Assembly (NCBI GenBank): GCA_963709015.1
Contig: CAVPUU010000058.1
Location: forward strand, 9,658 to 73,657
DNA length: 64,000 nucleotides
From: an uncultured Alphaproteobacteria bacterium
GTDB taxonomy: Bacteria; Pseudomonadota; Alphaproteobacteria; Rhizobiales; Xanthobacteraceae
Reading direction: 5' to 3'
The position numbers and the translations under genes were made by a program. The notes below the pieces were generated by a model. It ran no database searches. It saw nothing but the letters and a program-made list of their open reading frames with translations, and had not been told where the DNA came from. The first letter of the stretch is position 1; each line of letters begins with the position of its first letter. This document shows, piece after piece, positions 57,825-64,000 of this stretch.

Positions 57825-58046
57825 CTAGTTGAGCCGGTCGGTCGTGACCAGCCGGATACGTGGGTTGCCGAATTCCGTTCCGACGCAACGCAGATAGGGC
57901 CAGGCCCGTTGCGCGCAGGATTGCATCGGTTCGGCGGCGATCGTGGCCAAGGGACTGGCGTTCACGTGGGTGGTCGGGGTGGACAGCACGGTGACGGCGG
58001 CGGCGATTGTCGCGGCGACCATAACGGCGGTGGTGGTTTTCAGCAC
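57825..58046 (-). CDS. Small secreted hypothetical protein
   Basis: Signal-like N-terminus; CAQRAWPYLRC...IRLVTTDR. Confidence 0.6.
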   Translation of the reverse strand: MLKTTTAVMVAATIAAAVTVLSTPTTHVNASPLATIAAEPMQSCAQRAWPYLRCVGTEFGNPRIRLVTTDRLN

Positions 58047-58151
58047 GATAGCCCCCTGTTTTGGTGTCTTGGAGGTCGGTCGCGGGGGCAGCGCCGGAGG
58101 TTCAATGGAACCGGCCTTGCGGGGCATAAAAACCCGGGCTAGACCCCGCCC

Positions 58152-58649
58152 ATGCCGCGGATCGCCCTTTACGCTGGGTCATTCGACCCCGTCACCAACG
58201 GCCATCTCGACGTGGTGCGCCACGCCGTGCGGCTGGCCGACAAATTGGTGCTGGCGGTCGGCGTCAATCCCGGCAAGGCGCCGCTGTTTTCCGCCGACGA
58301 GCGGCTCGCTATGCTCAGGGACATCTGCGGGCCGCTCGCGCGCGAGGCCAAATGCGAGCTGGAATGCGTGACCTTTTCCGGCCTGGTGGTGGAAGCCGCG
58401 CGCAAGGCGGGGGCCACGCTGCTGATCCGTGGCTTACGCGACTCGACCGACTTCAACTACGAAATGCAGATGGCCGGGATGAACGAGGCGATGGCGCCCG
58501 CGATCCAGAGCGTGTTCCTGCCGGCGTCCCCGGCGGCGCGCCCGATCACCGCCACATTGGTGCGCCAGATCGCCGGCATGGGCGGCGACGTCGCCGCCTT
58601 CGTGCCGGCCGACGTGGCCGCGCGGCTGAAAAAGAAGTTCTCGCGCTAG
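58152..58649 (+). CDS. coaD: Pantetheine-phosphate adenylyltransferase
   Basis: [27 protein letters not shown]. Confidence 0.96.
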   Translation: MPRIALYAGSFDPVTNGHLDVVRHAVRLADKLVLAVGVNPGKAPLFSADERLAMLRDICGPLAREAKCELECVTFSGLVVEAARKAGATLLIRGLRDSTDFNYEMQMAGMNEAMAPAIQSVFLPASPAARPITATLVRQIAGMGGDVAAFVPADVAARLKKKFSR

Positions 58650-58736
58650 CGCATGATCCCGAAAAGTGGAAACCGGTTTCCCGCCTTCGCGAAGCCCGCT
58701 TCGGCGGGCGAAGGAAGGTCGGAAAAGATCATGCGC
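58649..58736. repeat. 88-bp GCGCATGATC element, second copy
   Basis: Inverted near-identical copy of 17625-17712; overlaps the coaD stop. Confidence 0.88.
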
Positions 58737-58816
58737 AAGAAAAATGTTAAGGACGCATCGTGATTCAATCTAATCGGATCACGCTCTAGGCGCCACCAAA
58801 AAAACCGGGAGAACCC

Positions 58817-59377
58817 ATGATCCGTATTCTCGCTGTCGTCGTTGCGCTCGTCTGCGCGGCATCCGCAGTTGCGCAGGTGAAGCTGCCGGCCGGCCTCGAT
58901 CTGCAGAACACCGTGCTGCTCGACACCAAATACGGCCGCGTCATCATCAAGCTGCGCAATGACATCGCGCCGCATCACGCCGAGCGCATCAAGCTGCTGA
59001 CGCGCGAGGGTTTCTACAACGACGTGCCGTTCCACCGCGTGATCGCCGGCTTCATGGCGCAGACCGGCGACGGGCAGAACCACGACGGCACCGGCGGCTC
59101 GAAATATCCGCCGCTGAAGGCGGAGTTTTCCAACGTGCCGTTCGTGCGCGGCGTGGTCGGCATGGCGCGCACCAACGATCCGAATTCGGCCAACTCGCAG
59201 TTCTTCATCATGTACGCGGAGAATTCCCGCCTGAACGGCCAATACACCGTGATCGGGCAGGTGGTGTCCGGCATGGATGTCGTCGACAAGATCAAGAAGG
59301 GGTCGCAGGAGAATAATGGCGCGGTGGAAAATCCCGACATGATTGTGAAGATGCAGGTCGCCGCCGACGCGAAGTGA
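58817..59377 (+). CDS. Cyclophilin-type PPIase with signal peptide
   Basis: FHRVIAGFMAQTGD, GMAR, SANSQFFI. Confidence 0.92.
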   Translation: MIRILAVVVALVCAASAVAQVKLPAGLDLQNTVLLDTKYGRVIIKLRNDIAPHHAERIKLLTREGFYNDVPFHRVIAGFMAQTGDGQNHDGTGGSKYPPLKAEFSNVPFVRGVVGMARTNDPNSANSQFFIMYAENSRLNGQYTVIGQVVSGMDVVDKIKKGSQENNGAVENPDMIVKMQVAADAK

Positions 59378-59401
59378 GTTAGCAACAGTAGGAATGAACC
59401 A

Positions 59402-59857
59402 ATGGCCAATCCTGAAGATACCCTCACGCTGGAAACCACCAAGGGCGAAGTGGTGATCGCCATGCGGCCGGATCTCGCGCCCGGCCACGTCGCGCGTATC
59501 AAGGAGCTGGTGAAGGAGGGCTTTTACGACGGCATCGTGTTCCACCGCGTGATCGACGGCTTCATGGCGCAGACCGGCTGCCCGCAGGGTACCGGCACCG
59601 GCGGCTCGGGCAAGAAGCTCAAGGCCGAATTCAACAAGGAGCCGCACGTGCGCGGCACGGTGTCGATGGCGCGCGCGGCAAGCCCCGATTCCGGCGACAG
59701 CCAGTTCTTCATCTGCTTCGACGACGCCCGTTTCCTCGACGGCCAATACACCGCCTGGGGCAACGTGATCGAGGGCATGGAGAACGTCGACAAGATCAAG
59801 CGCGGCGAGCCGGTGAGCAACCCGGACAAGATCGTCAAAGCGACGATGGGGGCGTAG
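59402..59857 (+). CDS. Cytoplasmic cyclophilin-type PPIase
   Basis: [24 protein letters not shown]. Confidence 0.92.
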   Translation: MANPEDTLTLETTKGEVVIAMRPDLAPGHVARIKELVKEGFYDGIVFHRVIDGFMAQTGCPQGTGTGGSGKKLKAEFNKEPHVRGTVSMARAASPDSGDSQFFICFDDARFLDGQYTAWGNVIEGMENVDKIKRGEPVSNPDKIVKATMGA

Positions 59858-59879
59858 TTTCCCTCCGCCGGGAGGGGCT

Positions 59880-62100
<2,221 letters not shown>

Positions 62101-62149
62101 AACGGCTTGCGGGGTTGTCAGGGGTCGGCGTCTTGGCTAAACGCGGCCC

Positions 62150-63010
62150 ATGAACGTGCAGCCGTCCTTCCTCGCCAAGCGGCGCAAGCCGCGCTTCAAG
62201 CTGCCGCGCGGCGCGACTGATGCCCACTGCCATGTGTTCGGGCCGGGCGCGGTATTTCCCTACGCGCCGCACCGCCGATACACGCCGGAGGACGCGCCCA
62301 AGGAGATGCTGCGCGCGCTGCACGACTATCTCGGCGTCTCGCGCGCGGTGATCGTGCAGGCGAGTTGCCACGGCACCGACAATGCGGCGACGCTCGACTG
62401 CATCGCGTCCGACCCCAAGCGCTATCGCGGCGTCGCCATCGTGGACGACGGCTTCAGCGATGCCGATTTCGACAGGCTCGATGCCGGCGGCGTGCGCGGT
62501 GTGCGCTTCAATTTCGTCAAGCATCTCGGCGGCGCGCCCGACATGGGCGTATTCAACCGCGTCATCGACCGCATCAAGGGTCGCCGCTGGCACGTGGTGC
62601 TGCATCTCGACGCGCCCAGCATCGTGTCGCTCTCGCCAATGATCCGCGCGCTGCCGCTACCCTTCGTGATCGATCATATGGGCCGCGTGCCTTCGACCGA
62701 CGGCGTCGATCAGCCGCCGCTGCGCGCGCTGATCGAGCTTTCGGGCCATGAAAATTGCTGGATCAAGGTGTGCGGGGCCGAGCGCATTTCGATGCCGCCT
62801 TATGCGGCGGCGGTGCCGATCGCCCGTGCGCTGGTGGAAGCGGCGCCCGAACGCGTGTTGTGGGGCACCGATTTCCCGCACCCCAACGCCACCCACGCGG
62901 CCGACGAGGCCGATCTGGTCGATCTGGTGCCGCTGTTTGCCGTGACGCCGCTGGCGCAAAAACGCCTGCTGGTGGACAATGCCGCCCGGCTTTATGGTTT
63001 CTGCCAATAA
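62150..63010 (+). CDS. Amidohydrolase_2 family protein, LigI (2-pyrone-4,6-dicarboxylate lactonase)-like
   Basis: DAHCHVFGP, VQASCHGTDN, GVRFNF, IDHMGR, WGTDFPHP. Confidence 0.83.
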   Translation: MNVQPSFLAKRRKPRFKLPRGATDAHCHVFGPGAVFPYAPHRRYTPEDAPKEMLRALHDYLGVSRAVIVQASCHGTDNAATLDCIASDPKRYRGVAIVDDGFSDADFDRLDAGGVRGVRFNFVKHLGGAPDMGVFNRVIDRIKGRRWHVVLHLDAPSIVSLSPMIRALPLPFVIDHMGRVPSTDGVDQPPLRALIELSGHENCWIKVCGAERISMPPYAAAVPIARALVEAAPERVLWGTDFPHPNATHAADEADLVDLVPLFAVTPLAQKRLLVDNAARLYGFCQ

Positions 63011-63043
63011 GAAGAAAAGCGGAAAATTCCAGGGAGGATCACA

Positions 63044-64000
63044 ATGAGGAAAATAGTTTTCGCGCTGCTGGCGCTGCCGGTTGCTTTAATATTGGGGCTG
63101 GCGCCTGTCACGCGGGCGCAGGCCAAATGGCCGGAGAAGCCGATCAAGATCGTTCTGCCGTTCGGCGCCGGCGGCGTCGCCAACGTCACTGCGCGTATTT
63201 TGGCAGCCAAGCTCAGCGACAAACTCGGCCAGCAAGTGGTGATCGAGAACATGCCTAGCCCCGGCGGCATCAATGCCGCGCGCGCGGTAATCACGGCGCC
63301 GCCGGACGGCTACACCATGGCGCTCGTCACCAACGGCACGGCGATCAGCGTCGCGGCGTTCAACAAACTGCCGTTCGATCCGGTGCAGGACTTCCAGATG
63401 GTGTCGATGGTCGGCACCTTCGATCTGGTATTCGTGGTCGACGCCGGTTCCGAGTACAAGACGCTGGGCGATTTCATCAAGGCCGCGAAGGCCAGCCCGG
63501 CAAGCTCAATATCGGCACCACGCTCCTCGGCGGCACGCAAAATCTCGGCGCCGAGCTGTTCAAGTCGATGGCCGGCCTGAATTTGCAAATCGTGGTCTAC
63601 AAGAATTCCCCCGACATCGTGGTCGCGCTGTTGCGCCACGACATCCAGATGATGATCGACTTTCCGCCGGCGGTGCAGGGCCAGGTCAACGACGGCAAGG
63701 TGCGGCTTCTGGCATCTTCGGGGCCGAAGCGCTCGCCGTTCACGCCCAAGGTGCCGACCGCAGACGAGGCCGGCGTCAAAGGCTACGAGGTGATCTCATG
63801 GAACGCCGTCGGCGCCCCCAAGGGCACGCCGAAGGAAGTCATCGACATCATGGGCAAAGCGATACACGACGTGCTGGCCATGCCGGATGTCAAGGCGGCC
63901 TACGAAAAGGTCGGCGTCGAAGCGCACGCCAGCACGCCGGCCGAATTGATGGACCGGCTCAAATCCGACATCCAGAAATGGGACGCCGTCATCGCCAAGG
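63044..64000 (+). CDS. Bug/TctC substrate-binding protein (one frameshift; runs off the window)
   Basis: WPEKPIKIVLPFGAGG, PPDGYT, GAPKGTP. Confidence 0.85.

Noticed and set aside
58817-59857. Tandem cyclophilins as a novel duplication
   Set aside because: coaD-ppi-ppi-queA-tgt is a familiar alphaproteobacterial arrangement.

Overview
GC-rich alphaproteobacterial chromosome segment; gene content and repeat families suggest Hyphomicrobiales (Xanthobacteraceae/Nitrobacteraceae-like, inferred). Most of it is conserved housekeeping synteny: xth, erpA, dgt, argS, SPOR, nagZ, scpAB, tatABC, serS, surE, pcm, nlpD, DUF815, yajC-secDF, trmFO, uvrA, ssb, gyrA, coaD, two cyclophilins, queA, tgt. Many essential genes carry single-base frameshifts, most likely long-read consensus errors. 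At least six families of short palindromic intergenic repeats are present. The most notable region is an accessory hotspot at ~43.2-47.7 kb, where small genes alternate with repeats. There a ~1.1-kb segment (45553-46652) appears cleanly inverted. Flipping it back restores an intact GTAG-type REP doublet and an AT-rich, tightly packed five-gene operon: four tiny helix+HTH-like proteins followed by a 192-aa putative effector, a candidate undescribed system that may be defensive. A 33-39-nt mini-element sits at CCGA^A sites inside other repeats and inside itself.
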